A stretch of 64,000 nucleotides of DNA from Eledone cirrhosa (lineage: Eukaryota). The notes under the pieces are model-generated. The model was given only the letters and a program-made list of their open reading frames with translations, was not told where the DNA came from and did not search any database. Location: contig OZ024742.1 in the NCBI GenBank assembly GCA_964016885.1, positions 364,064,001 to 364,128,000 on the forward strand, read 5' to 3'. Shown in pieces: positions 1-12,670 of this stretch (the first letter of the stretch is position 1; each line of letters opens with the position of its first letter). The position numbers were made by a program, and so were the translations under genes.

Positions 1-15
1 TCGCTGATAAAAGTA

Positions 16-2073
16 ATGAGTGATGAATCACTAGTAAAGAATAAATCAAATTTCACTCCGCCAAAAGGAAGAAATATCTATCTCGACCAATATATTGACA
101 TCCTGTCTAAATTTCCTCTTAGACGTAATACTAATGTTAAGCGAAACATTAACAAATCAGAAATGTCTGCACTTAAACGTATACAAAATGATAAAACAAT
201 AATAATTCAACAAGCAGATAAAGGGGGTGCAGTTGTTATAATGGATACTGAATACTACAAGGATTTGGTTGAGGAACAACTGAAAGACACAACATTCTAT
301 CATGAAATACCGTCAAATATAGACCACATCATCATGAAGAAGATCAGCAACCTGGCTTCAAAATACCACAACTCATTTACTGATAAGGAAAGAGACTACA
401 TCACCAATTTTGAGCCGAAACCCAGCAACCTGTATGGCCTACCGAAAGTTCACAAATCAAAAGAAATACAACTGGCAGTAAGAGAACAAAACAGTGAGTA
501 CATTAAATTATTACACCCAAAAGACTTAAAACTTAGACCTATTATAGCTGGTCCAACATGCCCCACTCACCGTCTAAGCAATTTTGTTGACATTATTTTG
601 AAACCACTATGTATTCACATACCCAGTTTCATCCGGGATGATATCGACTTCCTGTCCCATCTTCCCAAAACCACGGAAACGAATTCACTTCTACTCAGTT
701 TTGATGTGGTAAGCCTTTACACCAACATTACACATGATTTAGGAATAAAGGCGGTTAAATACTGGGTGGAAAAACATAGAGAAGTGATTCCCATTAGATT
801 CACAGCGCCATTTATATTAGACGCAGTTAAACTTATTCTGGAAAACAACACTTTCTTCTTCAATGGAAAGAATTACATCCAAATTAGAGGCACAGCGATG
901 GGAACGAAGTTTGCTCCCGTTTACGCGAACTCTGTAATGGGATACTTAGAACAACAACTCTACCAAGAAATAGAGGAAAAATATAGTACTGACTTTAGGA
1001 AGTACATTGAAAAATCTTGGAAGAGATACCTTGACGACTGTTTCATCATCTGGACAGAATCTCTAGATACTCTGGATGAGTTCAATATCCTCCTGAATAA
1101 CCTACACCCATCTCTCGAATTCACAAAAGAGATGAGTAGGACCAAATTACCATTCCTAGATATAATGATAATCAGAAACGACACCACCATTACCACGGAT
1201 ATATATTATAAACACACAGCCACCCAACAATATCTGAATTTTAAGTCGTGCCATCCACCTCATACAAAACGCAACATCCCATACTGCCTAGCCAGAAGAA
1301 TTTGTACCATTGTGGAAGATACGAATACCAGGTACAAACGCCTAACAGAACTAAGAGAATTTTTGCTCAAACAAAAATACCCATCTCTACTTATAGAAAA
1401 TGGCATACAGCGGGCTATAAAAATACCTATACAACAACTTAGAACAACCCAAGGAAGAAGAAACCAAGAACTGGTAATACCATTTATAATGACACACAAC
1501 CCATGTCACCAGAATATATTCAACACTGCCAAAGCAAACCTACCGATCATTGCTCAAAGTAATGAATTAAAAGGCTTAATCACAGATCGATCTTTGACTC
1601 TTATTAAAAGACAGCCAAAAAATTTGAAGCAATTGCTAACAAAAGCAAAGTTTGACCTTAACAACAAAGACCAATCATTCACTGTATCTAAATGCAATGA
1701 TAATCGATGCGGCACATGTCAATCCATACACGCCGGTCAATATATGAAAACAAAAACTGGAAAAATATTCCCAAATGCAAATATGAACTGCAAAAGCAGA
1801 AATCTAATTTACTGCATTAAATGCCCGAATTGTGAAGAACTATATGTCGGTCAAACTGGAAATGCACTATCGGAACGTGCACGGGTACACCGTCAACAAA
1901 TCAGAGACCCAAATGTCCGTCAGATACCCCTAAGCGGCCACCTGGCAATATGTGGTCAGGAAATATTTATAATATTCCCATTCTACAAATTACACAGCCC
2001 AAGTGAAATCAAGAGAAAAATCAAAGAAAAGAATGTTATTGATAAATTCAAACCCAAGCTAAATGAACAATAA
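16..2073 (+). CDS. Penelope-like element polyprotein: reverse transcriptase + Cys linker + GIY-YIG endonuclease (Neptune-like)
   Basis: Motifs ADKGGAVV, LYGLPKVHK, LRPII, SFDVVSLYT, QIRGTAMG, RYLDD, LPFLDI, CxxxxCGTC, NLIYCIKC..LYVGQT..R..H. Frame is open from window start, so the true start may lie upstream. Confidence 0.95.
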   Translation: MSDESLVKNKSNFTPPKGRNIYLDQYIDILSKFPLRRNTNVKRNINKSEMSALKRIQNDKTIIIQQADKGGAVVIMDTEYYKDLVEEQLKDTTFYHEIPSNIDHIIMKKISNLASKYHNSFTDKERDYITNFEPKPSNLYGLPKVHKSKEIQLAVREQNSEYIKLLHPKDLKLRPIIAGPTCPTHRLSNFVDIILKPLCIHIPSFIRDDIDFLSHLPKTTETNSLLLSFDVVSLYTNITHDLGIKAVKYWVEKHREVIPIRFTAPFILDAVKLILENNTFFFNGKNYIQIRGTAMGTKFAPVYANSVMGYLEQQLYQEIEEKYSTDFRKYIEKSWKRYLDDCFIIWTESLDTLDEFNILLNNLHPSLEFTKEMSRTKLPFLDIMIIRNDTTITTDIYYKHTATQQYLNFKSCHPPHTKRNIPYCLARRICTIVEDTNTRYKRLTELREFLLKQKYPSLLIENGIQRAIKIPIQQLRTTQGRRNQELVIPFIMTHNPCHQNIFNTAKANLPIIAQSNELKGLITDRSLTLIKRQPKNLKQLLTKAKFDLNNKDQSFTVSKCNDNRCGTCQSIHAGQYMKTKTGKIFPNANMNCKSRNLIYCIKCPNCEELYVGQTGNALSERARVHRQQIRDPNVRQIPLSGHLAICGQEIFIIFPFYKLHSPSEIKRKIKEKNVIDKFKPKLNEQ

Positions 2074-2488
2074 TAACGCTTAGGGGTATTACTTCTAATA
2101 TGACTATGTCTATGACTATATCCATGTCGACTACGACCACTAACAACAACAACAAAACAACAACAACAACAACAACAACAATAATAATAATAATAAAAGT
2201 GATGTTGATGGTGATGATTAATAGAAAATGCTATTTTCATCATTTCAAAAAGCAAAACAATTGATATGTTGGGTATGACTATTGGACGTTAGCATGCTCA
2301 ACTAGCCGTGACGCTTAAACCAATCAGCTGTAGTAATTCAGTGAAACTACACACTGATTGGTCGAAATACAGTTTACAGGGCTTTGCATTCTGGAGCCAC
2401 TTTTCTCTGTATAAAATGTATAAAAGGTAGTAAATTTACCCATCTCATTACAGTTGAAAATTGCAAACTCGACTGTCACCACATATCA

Positions 2489-2527
2489 TGAACCTGAAGA
2501 TTGCGAAAGCATGAAAGTACTTGTTCA
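2489..2527 (+). ncRNA. Minimal type I hammerhead ribozyme (PLE pLTR)
   Basis: tgaac-CTGAAGA-t.tgc gaaa gca.t-GAAA-gtac-TT-gttca; stem III palindrome AAGTACTT. Confidence 0.85.
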
Positions 2528-2665
2528 ATTAACACTTAGAATTTAATATTCTATCATACTATTTCATTATAATACCATTATATATATTTTAAAGGATTGT
2601 AAATAAAACGAATAAATCAGACAAAGTTGGAATTCCTCTTATTTATATATATATATATATATATA

Positions 2666-2783
2666 CGTTATTCCGGGTTGAATCGGAGGTAACCACAGTA
2701 AGTAAGGTACTCAATACATAGCAGATTATAAAAGTTTTAATATAGAAGAGATTCTACAGGACTAGAACTGTTTCATTCTTTAG
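2666..2783 (-). mobile_element. Truncated pLTR of the 56690/58200 PLE family, between TA tracts
   Basis: Reverse complement of about 57120-57235; breaks off inside hammerhead stem II. Confidence 0.8.
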
Positions 2784-2799
2784 ATATATATATATATAT

Positions 2800-3400
2800 A
2801 TGGAAAAGAATGAAACGAAATCTCATTTCTCACTCTTAGTACGACTGATACGTAAATATAAGTATGTATACGTACATACATATATGTGTATAGACGCACA
2901 GTAGTATATATATACATACATGCCACACATATATATATGTACGTATGGGTTTACCGAACATTTATTATAATGTTCGGTTTGTTTTTAAACAAACAGCCCG
3001 AATTACGCCGTACAGTGCTCGGCAACCATCGTCGCCCTTTTGTTCAAACCTGACACAGGAACGATGTACTAGTTTCAAGCTTATTAGCTATCGTCAGCAT
3101 CGTATACCTTTCTGTCAGATGATGGAACGTCTGAAAGTATATACTTTCCTTCTGCATATTAACGGCTGAGCCACCTAATTTGCATATCGAGTGAGTTAGT
3201 CGGCCGGGCATACGAAAACGATAAATAATAAATGTTCGGTAAACCCATACGTACATATATATATGTGTGTGCATGTATGTATATATATATACATACTACT
3301 GTGCGTCTGTACACATATATCTATGTACGTATACATATTTATATTTAGGTATCAGCCGTACTAAGAGTGAGAAATGAAATTTCGTTTCATTCTTTTCCAT
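2800..3400. repeat. Inverted repeat, arms about 2800-2968 and 3223-3400; family recurs at 59670-60480
   Basis: atggaaaagaatgaaacgaaat... versus ...atttcgtttcattcttttccat. Confidence 0.85.
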
Positions 3401-4586
3401 TTATCGTTTAGTTCAAATATTATATTTAGTTTAAATATTATATTTAGTTCAAATATTGCAGATCAAATAATTATTTCATGTTTTCTGATGGTTTCAAGGT
3501 TATTCTTGATTAAAACTAAGGGGAAACATCATACACGAGATTTAAACCACCGAATTAATTTTACATTCGAACTTATATATTATGGGGTCAAAATATTTAT
3601 TTGGCTTATTATTAATATTGTGGAGGCCTTGGCCCAACCTCAGTCAGCTCCCACTCCCACTTAAACTGACACAGATTGACAAAAGCTTCTGTTAAGGTGA
3701 AATATAATAATCAGTATTGACATTGAGATTCTATGGCTACTTGTAGTCATTGATGGATGAGTTACGAAGTTCATTTCCAAGTCTCTGGATTCCAAATGCA
3801 AGACGTACGAAGGAATAAACTCTCGGAATAGAATTTACGATTTTATTTAGGAATTTTCACTATAAATAGAATCGACTTTACCGTCACCTGAATACGAGGC
3901 AACAATGGAAAAAGCTTATTAGAACTGTATCCATGAAAATATTTCTAAAGGTGACAGAGAGGAAATATTTCGACAGTGATTGAAGCTGACATGATAAATC
4001 AGGACCAAAAATGTTGACAATTCTTCTTCAGATCTTATCTAGACTCTCAAGGTACACGGTAGAGGCACCAGACCAAGTGTAGAAACAGTACTCAATACAA
4101 GGACCAATTGTAGATTTAGAAAGATAGCTGTTTTCAGTCGAGAAAAATATTTTGGACTTGATAGAGTGTACCAACTTTTGGAGAAGCAGTCTTCGCAATG
4201 TACGTGATATAATCCAAGAGGTGATTAAAAGGCAATGTTGCCTAGGCTGGATTTCAAATCATGGCGCTGATAGCCGGGACAAATACCGGAAAGCATTCTA
4301 TCCGACTTTCTAATGACCCTGCCAATTTACCACCTCTACACACATACACACGCACGAGTTTATAAATGTATCGAGCTAGGTACTTACGTCTGGCTGTGTA
4401 AGTGTTTCAGGTGCATTCTTCCCTCCCTTGGAGGGTATGATCCGCCATACCAATGTAAGACAAAAGTTGTTCTCTATGTCGATATCAGCTTAGTTTTAGA
4501 TGTATTAAGGTAACACATTTCTTGTTCCACTCAACAACACCTCGTAAGTCATATTAAAGATTAGTTGCCAATTGAACTTTGTCAAA

Positions 4587-4705
4587 TATAGCAGACATGA
4601 CATTAAGTCAGGAATATGAGTTCTGTCATCAGTATAGATACATAGCTGAGATATAGCAGACATGACATTAAGACAGGGATATCAGTTCTGTCATCAATAT
4701 AGATA
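4587..4705. repeat. Two-copy direct repeat, period 64 bp
   Basis: atatagcagacatgacattaag at 4587 and 4651. Confidence 0.8.
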
Positions 4706-4844
4706 GATGAGAATATATGTCAAAGGGAAGATTAATGATGAAAATATTAGGTAACAAGAAGAAATGTATTTATATACTAAATACTCTAATTTATAGACAA
4801 CGTAAACAATTTTGAGAGAATGTAAAAATCAATCATACCGATCT

Positions 4845-4975
4845 GTGTACCTTTATCGACCCGGGATAATGAAAGGTAAATTTGAACTGGGTGAGATATG
4901 AAACAAAAAGGTCGAAATCAGTAACGAATACTGCATTGATTTCATCCGAGGCCTTAACGTGTCTGCCAATCCACC
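4845..4975 (-). mobile_element. Decayed tRNA-derived MetaSINE-like SINE
   Basis: Minus strand has a GGTGGATTGGCAG head and a cctttcattatcccgggtcgataaaggtac Meta-like core; homologous to 8920-9105. Confidence 0.65.
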
Positions 4976-5919
4976 TGCCAATCCACCGCCAATCCGCCGC
5001 CAATCCCCCGCCAATCCACCGCCAATCCACCGCCAATTCACCTGCCAATCCACCTGCCAATCCACCTGCCAATTCACCGCCAATCCGCCGCCAATCCACC
5101 GCCAATCCACCGCCAATTCACCTGCCAATCCACCTGCCAATCCACCTGCCAATTCACCACCAATCCACCGCCAATCCCCCGCCAATCCATCGCCAATCCA
5201 CCGCCAATCCACCGCCAATTCACCACCAATCCACCGCCAATCCACCGCCAATCCATCGCCAATCCACCGCCAATCCCCCGCCAATCCATCGCCAATCCAC
5301 CGCCAATCCCCCGCCAATCCACCACCAATCCGCCGCCAATCCCCCGCCAATCCATCGCCAATCCACCGCCAATCCACCTGCCAATCCACCTGCCAATCCA
5401 TCGCCAATCCACCGCCAATCCCCCGCCAATTCACCACCAATCCCCCGCCAATCCATCGCCAATCCACCGCCAATCCACCGCCAATCCACCTGCCAATCCA
5501 CCTGCCAATCCACCGCCAATCCACCGCCAATCCACCGCCAATTCACCACCAATCCACCGCCAATCCCCCGCCAATCCATCGCCAATCCACCACCAATCCA
5601 TCGCCAATCCACCGCCAATCCACCGCCAATCCACCTGCCAATCCACCTGCCAATCCACCGCCAATCCCCCGCCAATCCATCGCCAATCCACCGCCAATTC
5701 ACCACCAATCCACCTGCCAATCCACCGCCAATTCACCACCAATCCACCGCCAATCCCCCGCCAATCCATCGCCAATCCGCCGCCAATCCACCGCCAATCC
5801 ACCTGCCAATCCACCTGCCAATCCACCTGCCAATTCACCGCCAATCCACCGCCAATCCACCGCCAATCCACCGCCAATTCACCACCAATCCACCGCCAAT
5901 CCACCGCCAATCCACCGCC
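4963..5919. repeat. Minisatellite of 11/12-bp units CCAAT(C/T)CACCG / CCAATCCACCTG, about 85 units
   Basis: Direct reading; explains the PPIHRQSTAN and WRWIGG pseudo-ORFs. Confidence 0.97.
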
Positions 5920-7049
5920 CTTACCATAAAGGAAAGAAACCTTTCGGAAAACTGGACCAATAAAATAATGTATCATTTAGACTTTCCATATTTAGTATTG
6001 TCTGCAGTTCGCAACTCCTGGCGGAATGAGCCAGGTAAAATATAATATGTTGCTTCTGAACAGAACAGAACACCCAACCCAACCTGGTCCATAAATCGAA
6101 CTTATGATCTTATGTTCATGATTCCAATATACTAACCCCTATGTCAGATGCCTTCACATTTCACCTACTAAATAGTCATGTACTTATTGCAAAGCTCTAC
6201 TTTCTTACCCCGATTTCAACAAATCTAAAGAAGCAAAGCAAGGATTTGAATAACGTGACGTTTTTAACTTTAACTGCCAATAGGTAGCATGTGTTATTCG
6301 CACACATTCATTGGAAAAGAAAGGAAAGAAAGAGAGATAAAAAATAAATTGAACACCAAATATAAATTTTCAGACCATACATGTAAGGAGAATATCAGTC
6401 ACTATATGCTAAAATGATTCAGAATTTTTTTTATCTTAATAAAAAAATAACATATATATATAACAAAAGTAAAATAAATAAAATTAAATAAAACAACAAA
6501 ACAAAAAAAAAAACAAAGTTATGCAAAAGTGAAGCCCAATAAAAATCAATAAAGTATTTTCATGACATAACATCAAGAGAACTGTTTATTATATGTGTAA
6601 ATATAGAAATATTGACACATTTTCTTGACTTGCTAACAGTAAGAATGGTGAGGGAATAATAAAATGTATGACATTAAACGTGTGAGTATTTTAGTTGGCA
6701 GAGGCAAAGAACTGATATGATGTTATACATAGATTTAGGTGTGTCATATGTGGATTTAAGTGTGTCTGATGTATATGGGTTTAAGTGTGTGTTTGTGTGT
6801 GGTAGTGTCTATATGGAAGTAATAATATTTTATAATATACTGTAAGAGCAACTTATACAGTCAACTAGAGAGAAAGGTTAGGTGTTGATTATACACAAGA
6901 TACATGGAATTTCAAATCATCCAAGCGCCTCGATAAATCATAAAATACACACACACACAGACACACACAGAAGCAGATACAAGCACGCACACACACACAC
7001 GGACAGAAGCACACATAAGCACACACGCATACGCACACACCTACCCACC

Positions 7050-7081
<32 letters not shown>

Positions 7082-7083
<2 letters not shown>

Positions 7084-7282
7084 ACAAAGGAAATGTTGTA
7101 AGGAACCAGATGGACCATAACGCACCAGAGTACTCAATACTTAGGGTAGTAGAGTGGGAAATAGGAAAAAGTATGACCCCGACGGCAGAGCTCAAGCCGT
7201 TTCGACGGCTATTTCTGGACTAGTCCGGAAATAGCTGTCGAAACGGCTTGAGCTCTGCCGTCGAGGTCATACTTTTTCCTAT
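7082..7282 (-). mobile_element. PLE pLTR fragment with 122-bp fold-back palindrome (7161-7282); family copy at 25146-25258
   Basis: Palindrome centred on ggactagtcc (7221/7222). Contains a hammerhead 3' half GAAA-cggc..gccg-TC and is flanked by TA repeats. Confidence 0.8.
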
Positions 7283-8337
7283 ATATATACCTAGAGAGAT
7301 AGAGATAGATAGAGAGAGAGAGAAGAACTGAATTGTGTCTAACCCAAAGTAGGAGAAAAATATTGTATTTGTTCCTCTAATTTCAAGCTCTACTGAGATT
7401 AACTTTGACCTTTTTACCGTTTAATAATATAAAGCACAGGACGGGAGTTCGAATGAAGGTTTAGACTGCCTGATGAGACACCATGCTGTATTTCATCTAG
7501 ACCCTTTTGCTTTCTCAATTCAAATCCATCTGTAGTTTACTTGATTCTAGACTTAATCTCACCCCTTGTTAAAAAAACTCCCACCTGGTTATTGTTTGAC
7601 TTAAGACAAACCTTATTTACACCAGTTCCAGGTCTAACTAAACATTGAGGTCAAATGAATAGTTAAAACAACACACATGAAATACAAACACGATCATATC
7701 AATATTACATAGTTTTGTTGCTTAGCCCTTTTATAACATCTTGATGTATAACAAATAATGATTTAGTCTCGACCATCATCTTCTTCGTTACTACTGGGAA
7801 TTCATTTTTTTCAATTGAGTCAACAGTGTTTTAAGAAATATGATGCGATGTGAAAGATGATTAACTGCTGTCTCTAGCCAAAACAAAAAACACAAAGCAA
7901 AAAAAAAACAAAAAACAAAAAGAAGTAACAAGCGACGACCCTTTGGCTTCCGTCGTTGTCATTCTCATGTGGTAGCATCCGTTTTGATTATTTTTTAAAT
8001 GAATGATGCCTGAAATAAATATGGATTACACAAATCAGATATCACCTTACTAAATAGAGACTGCACATATAATTCAAGAGGACCGTTGACTATCTATTAA
8101 AGAGAATTATAGCCGCAGGGTCTTCTTCTGAACAGTAATTGAATTGATGCTTTTGTCGAAGAAAACCCAGAAATTCTGCCGTAAATCATATTCGATGACA
8201 AGAATGTAAAGATGTATATCCGCTCAGAAACATTAATAATCCTCAAGAAACCAACAGAAAAAAGTCGATGAGTTAAGATATAATCCATAATGTCGATAAC
8301 AATAAGAAAGAAAGTAGATATGCACACACACACACAC

Positions 8338-8403
<66 letters not shown>

Positions 8404-8454
8404 CCGTATTGTTCTACAAAGAGATATATCTATATCTATTATATATGTGTATAT

Positions 8455-8491
<37 letters not shown>

Positions 8492-8919
8492 CTTGGGGAG
8501 GAATAAATAACACTATGATTATACGCCTGTAGAATATATAATAACATATAAACGTAAAGTAGCAATAAATTCACATTACTCTGGCTGCATTGCCATATAG
8601 AAGAGATGGAGTTTGAAGGAGTCACAGTTATTAACGTTCAGGACCAGTGTTCCCTCAATCACTCCGAAAAAGGTAGAAAGAAAGAAAAGAAATTAAAAAC
8701 ACAAATAAAGAATCAAGTCATCTTAAAACATATGAAAGCAATTTTATGTTAACGTAAAAAATACAGTAGAGATTGTTGACCTCAACGACGAAGATACATA
8801 CAGATAAAAAATGATATTATCTGTGAGTTGGTAATTACAGGTATTAGAAGCAAGATGATAGAAGAAAGTATAAGGAAGCTTTAGAATGAAAACACTGATT
8901 AAGGAATATAGAGAATAAA

Positions 8920-9105
8920 TTATTTCTACTTTTGGCACAAGGCCAGCAATTATCCAGTACATTACTGGTACTTTATTTTATCGACCTCGTAAGGATGAAA
9001 GGCAAAGTTAACCTCGACTGGATTTGAATTCAGACCGTAAAGGGACGTAACTATGCTATAAAGCATGGCGACCAATCCTCTGCCGATACTGCCAATTCAC
9101 CGCCA
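8920..9105 (-). mobile_element. tRNA-derived MetaSINE-like SINE
   Basis: Minus strand: ggcggtgaattggcag head, ctttgcctttcatccttacgaggtcgataaaataaaagtaccag core, ggccttgtgccaaaagtagaaataat tail. Confidence 0.8.
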
Positions 9106-9337
9106 TAGAGAATATATAAATAGCGTCCGACTGATTTGTGATCGGTGTTCCTGGGATTAATACTGTATCAACACTGCTTCGATACAACAGATATATTAAC
9201 AACGCCTACATCTCGCGGGAGTCCTAGGTTTGAAGGAGAGAGAGAGAGAGTGTCAGTGTCTATGTTGGTGTGTGATAGAGGGAAGTGAGACATACACAGG
9301 ATGAAACGATCCCAGTATTGGACAGGTACATTTCTAT

Positions 9338-9910
9338 TGATGACAGGAAATGTTGACATTGGATGACAGGAAATGTGGACATTGGATGACAGGAAATGTG
9401 GACATTGGATGACAGGAAATGTGGACTTTGGATGACAGGAAATGTGGACTTTGGATGACAGGAAATGTGGACTTTGAGTGACAGGAAATGTGGACTTTGT
9501 GTAACAGGAAATGTGGACAGTGGATGGCAGGAACTATTGACATTGGATGACAGGAAATGTTGACATTGGATGATAGGAAATATGGACTTTGGGTGACAGG
9601 AAATGTGGACATTAGATGACAGAAAATGTTGACATTGTATGACAGGAAATGTTGACATTGGATGACAGGAAATGTTGACATTGGATGAGAGGAAATGTTA
9701 ACATTGAATGGCAGGAAATGTTGACATTGGGCGGCAGGAAATGTTGACATTGGATGACAGGAAATGTTGACATTGGATGACAGGAAATGTTGACATTGGA
9801 TGACAGGAAGTGTTGACATTGGATGACTGTAAATGTTGATATTTCCTGATTGGAAATGTTGACATTGGAAGACAGGAAATGTTGCCATTGGATGACTGTA
9901 AATGTTGACT
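9338..9910. repeat. 23-bp minisatellite (TGACAGGAAATGTTGACATTGGA)n
   Basis: Period 23 read directly; shorter array at 18086-18258. Confidence 0.95.
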
Positions 9911-10587
9911 ATGACGAGATTTTAAACTAGAGTGTAGAATGGTGTAACGAAACACTGCAATGGATTTCATCCGGCGAACTAACAATTCCGTAATTTCTGA
10001 AACAACCACAATTCCAAATATTAGAATAGAATTTAGAATTGATTATATCAAACCCAATATTTCATTGGTAATTTATTATATCAAATGTTGATGGTTTTAC
10101 TACAACAAAGTATATCTGCATATTTCATAGATGAAAAAATCCCTCTGGTTCACCTGTTTCTGTAGATATATATGTATAAATAAGTAATTGTGTAATTACA
10201 CATTATTGTAATGGAAGCTAGGTAATCTAGGTGTTACTGTTCACGTCATGAGACCTGAACTCTGGATGGATTCATAGAGGTGTCGTCGTAATTACAGCGT
10301 GTCTTGGGCTTGTATAGATTTAACGGAAATCATTCCATTTTAGGTCTGAACACACCTGATTTCTTCCAGAGAAATAGAATGAGAAAGTTGATCGAAACAT
10401 ACCGAAGTTCTAAACTAATACTGTATTTATCGGAAGGATAAAAGGGAAAGTTGATCTCGTTGTTGTTGGAAATCATATGGCAGAAACACGGGCCGAACAT
10501 GGCAAATTAGAAATATTAAATCTTCATCGTGGCATTCAATTCACGAAGGCAGCGATATATAACAATCAAAGGCATGGGCTGGCAGTC

Positions 10588-10618
<31 letters not shown>

Positions 10619-11441
10619 GTATCCGACTACCAACGAAAATCTTGAAAATCACGGTGTGGACTGCTCTTTCCCTGCCCTAAATTGATGGGATGGCATCTCG
10701 CATTAGAAATGAGAACTATCGAGATGGAGTGACTGGCCCAACAAGTTTTGCTGTCGGATCTCAGCAATGATTTCTCCATGTCCCCGGGGGCTGCAGCTGA
10801 AATAATCCAGTTTACCCCCCCCCCTCTTTCTTCTCATCTCTCCAACTATTTTAAAATTAATTTACATTTCCCCCCCGCCCCCCCCCCCCCCTTATTTTTA
10901 AGTGTATAACATTTGAATAAATATATAATATATTTTTTCATGAATAAATAGCTAAGCTAAATTGACCTTTCAACCTTTTGTAAAGTCAGAAATTGTATGA
11001 AATGAAGTTATCTCCAATAGATGAATTGTGAATATCTTTCTAAAGAGGGGAGAGAAGTTGAAGGAGAAATATTAGTTTAGTGAGACAAGTTTAACTCTTT
11101 ACATGAAATCATATGGACCGACAGAAAATACCTGAAGAAATTTAGATGAAAGGTCAACAATGGGGAAAATATAGTCAATATTTCAATATTGACACCTGAT
11201 ATTGGTTATTACCTTTCTGACACATATATGCGTGTTCACACACACACACACACAAACTCTCTCTCTCTCTGCCACACGCACACACACTCAATATGTCACA
11301 CACACACACAAACTCTCTCACTCTCTCTCTTGCTCGCTCTCTCTCTCTCTCTCTCTGCCACACGCACACACATTCAATCTGTCACACACACACACACTCT
11401 TTCTCTTTCTACTACACACACACATACACACGCACACACAC

Positions 11442-11473
<32 letters not shown>

Positions 11474-12009
11474 GTTATATATATATATGTTGTATTCCAC
11501 AGCAGATTCCACACCACAATTATTAATAACTAACGAGAGACAGGAAACTGAAATACAATTACAGTGACATAGGTAATAAATTAAGCTTATTTCAGCGAAT
11601 GATAAGAACACTTTAGAGGATAAAATCATTGAGAAGACAGTCGCAGATGGTAAGACGTACAATGATAAGAGCTCGGTCTATACTGATTCACTCGACACTC
11701 AAATTATGATGAGTAGAAAACGAACATACCAAAACAAAAAATACAACAAATGTTAAATACACGTAACTAGAGAAACAATATTAAGTAAAACTAAACAGAA
11801 ATGATAGGAAATTTTATATTATTATATATAAATTGTCCTCGGGTGAACTTTCATGATAAATGGTTCACTTTAGGGAGTTAAGTACGATAGCGTTGTCTGA
11901 ACATAGAATTTAATTAATCATTCTTTCAGATAATCAACATTTATTCCGAGCCAATATAAAGTAACTCTATGTTGTCATACTTCATGAAAGTATTAGCAGT
12001 GGAATGGTT

Positions 12010-12150
12010 TCGTATTTAGACACAAGGTCAGTAAACCTGAAAGTCGGAGGAAACAATATTAAAGTTAATCAAGTATTGGTACTTTATTATATCGAGTCCT
12101 TACGTATGACAGGTAAAGTTGACTTAACAGACGGAAACACCGCAATCATA
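12010..12150 (-). mobile_element. Decayed MetaSINE-like fragment
   Basis: ggtactttattatatcgagtccttacgtatgacaggtaaagttgac resembles the SINE core. Confidence 0.5.
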
Positions 12151-12299
12151 ACATTCTCGCTTGACCTTTAATCTCCTAAAATATATGATTTCCCGCCTTG
12201 AAAACTATACAGATGCCAGGTAGATCTGGTAGAACCAACTAAATATTTTAGTTATCACCAAATGCATATTTAATTTTTAACATCTGTACGAAAATGCGA

Positions 12300-12635
12300 T
12301 ACTACTTGTAAGGACATTGGCTTTCATTATAACAATGTGAGACAGCACAATTCTTGCAGAGGTGACAAAAGGTCCTACAGTTTGACTGGAAATTGTTGCC
12401 ACACCCTCAATATTTGGTCGACATTGGGTCAAATTTACACCTCTTTCGGTTTTTTCAGAATTCATTAAATGGTCAGACTTCAACTCTGAACAGTTTGTAA
12501 AAATCCACTTGGAAGACGTTTTCGACAATAAAGACAGAATATTCTTTGAGAAGAGAATAATGGACCTGTAGAAGATGCTGAATAAATCATCTGCAGAAGA
12601 TGCTGGAACGAAACGATAACTATGACATTGATTAA
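12300..12635 (+). pseudogene. Mariner transposase C-terminal remnant
   Basis: Manual translation: FHYNNVRQH (HDNARPH), WKLLPHPQYLVDI..LHLFRFFQNSLNGQ (LPHPPYSPDLAP..HLF), FNSE..VK.HLEDVF..KD..FFEKRIMDL; frameshifts and stops. Confidence 0.75.
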
Positions 12636-12670
12636 TAAATCGCTTTGTGTTTAAAATGTATGTATGTATG

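Larger units (their letters stand above)
1..2643 (+). mobile_element. Penelope-like retroelement with 3' pLTR ending in (TA)n
   Basis: ORF, 3' UTR with hammerhead, terminus at TA tract; 2454-2643 recurs at about 54163-54350. Confidence 0.9.

Noticed and set aside
3116-3150. CAGATGA...GAAA-gtatatac-TT hammerhead-like motif (CCGATGA in the copy near 60165)
   Set aside because: No stem I pairing and only a 2-bp stem II, so not counted; worth rechecking on the consensus.
4615-4637. CTGATGA on the minus strand in the 64-bp repeat
   Set aside because: No GAAA or stems in register.
4833-6045. Long Pro-rich and Trp/Gly-rich ORFs in many frames
   Set aside because: Products of a stop-free 11/12-bp minisatellite; no domain content.
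9338-9910. CRISPR-like periodicity
   Set aside because: Units are contiguous with no unique spacers; eukaryotic context, no cas genes.
9260-10009. Cys/His-rich repetitive ORFs resembling zinc fingers
   Set aside because: Arise from the 23-bp minisatellite; the period is not a multiple of 3 and there are no C2H2 linkers.
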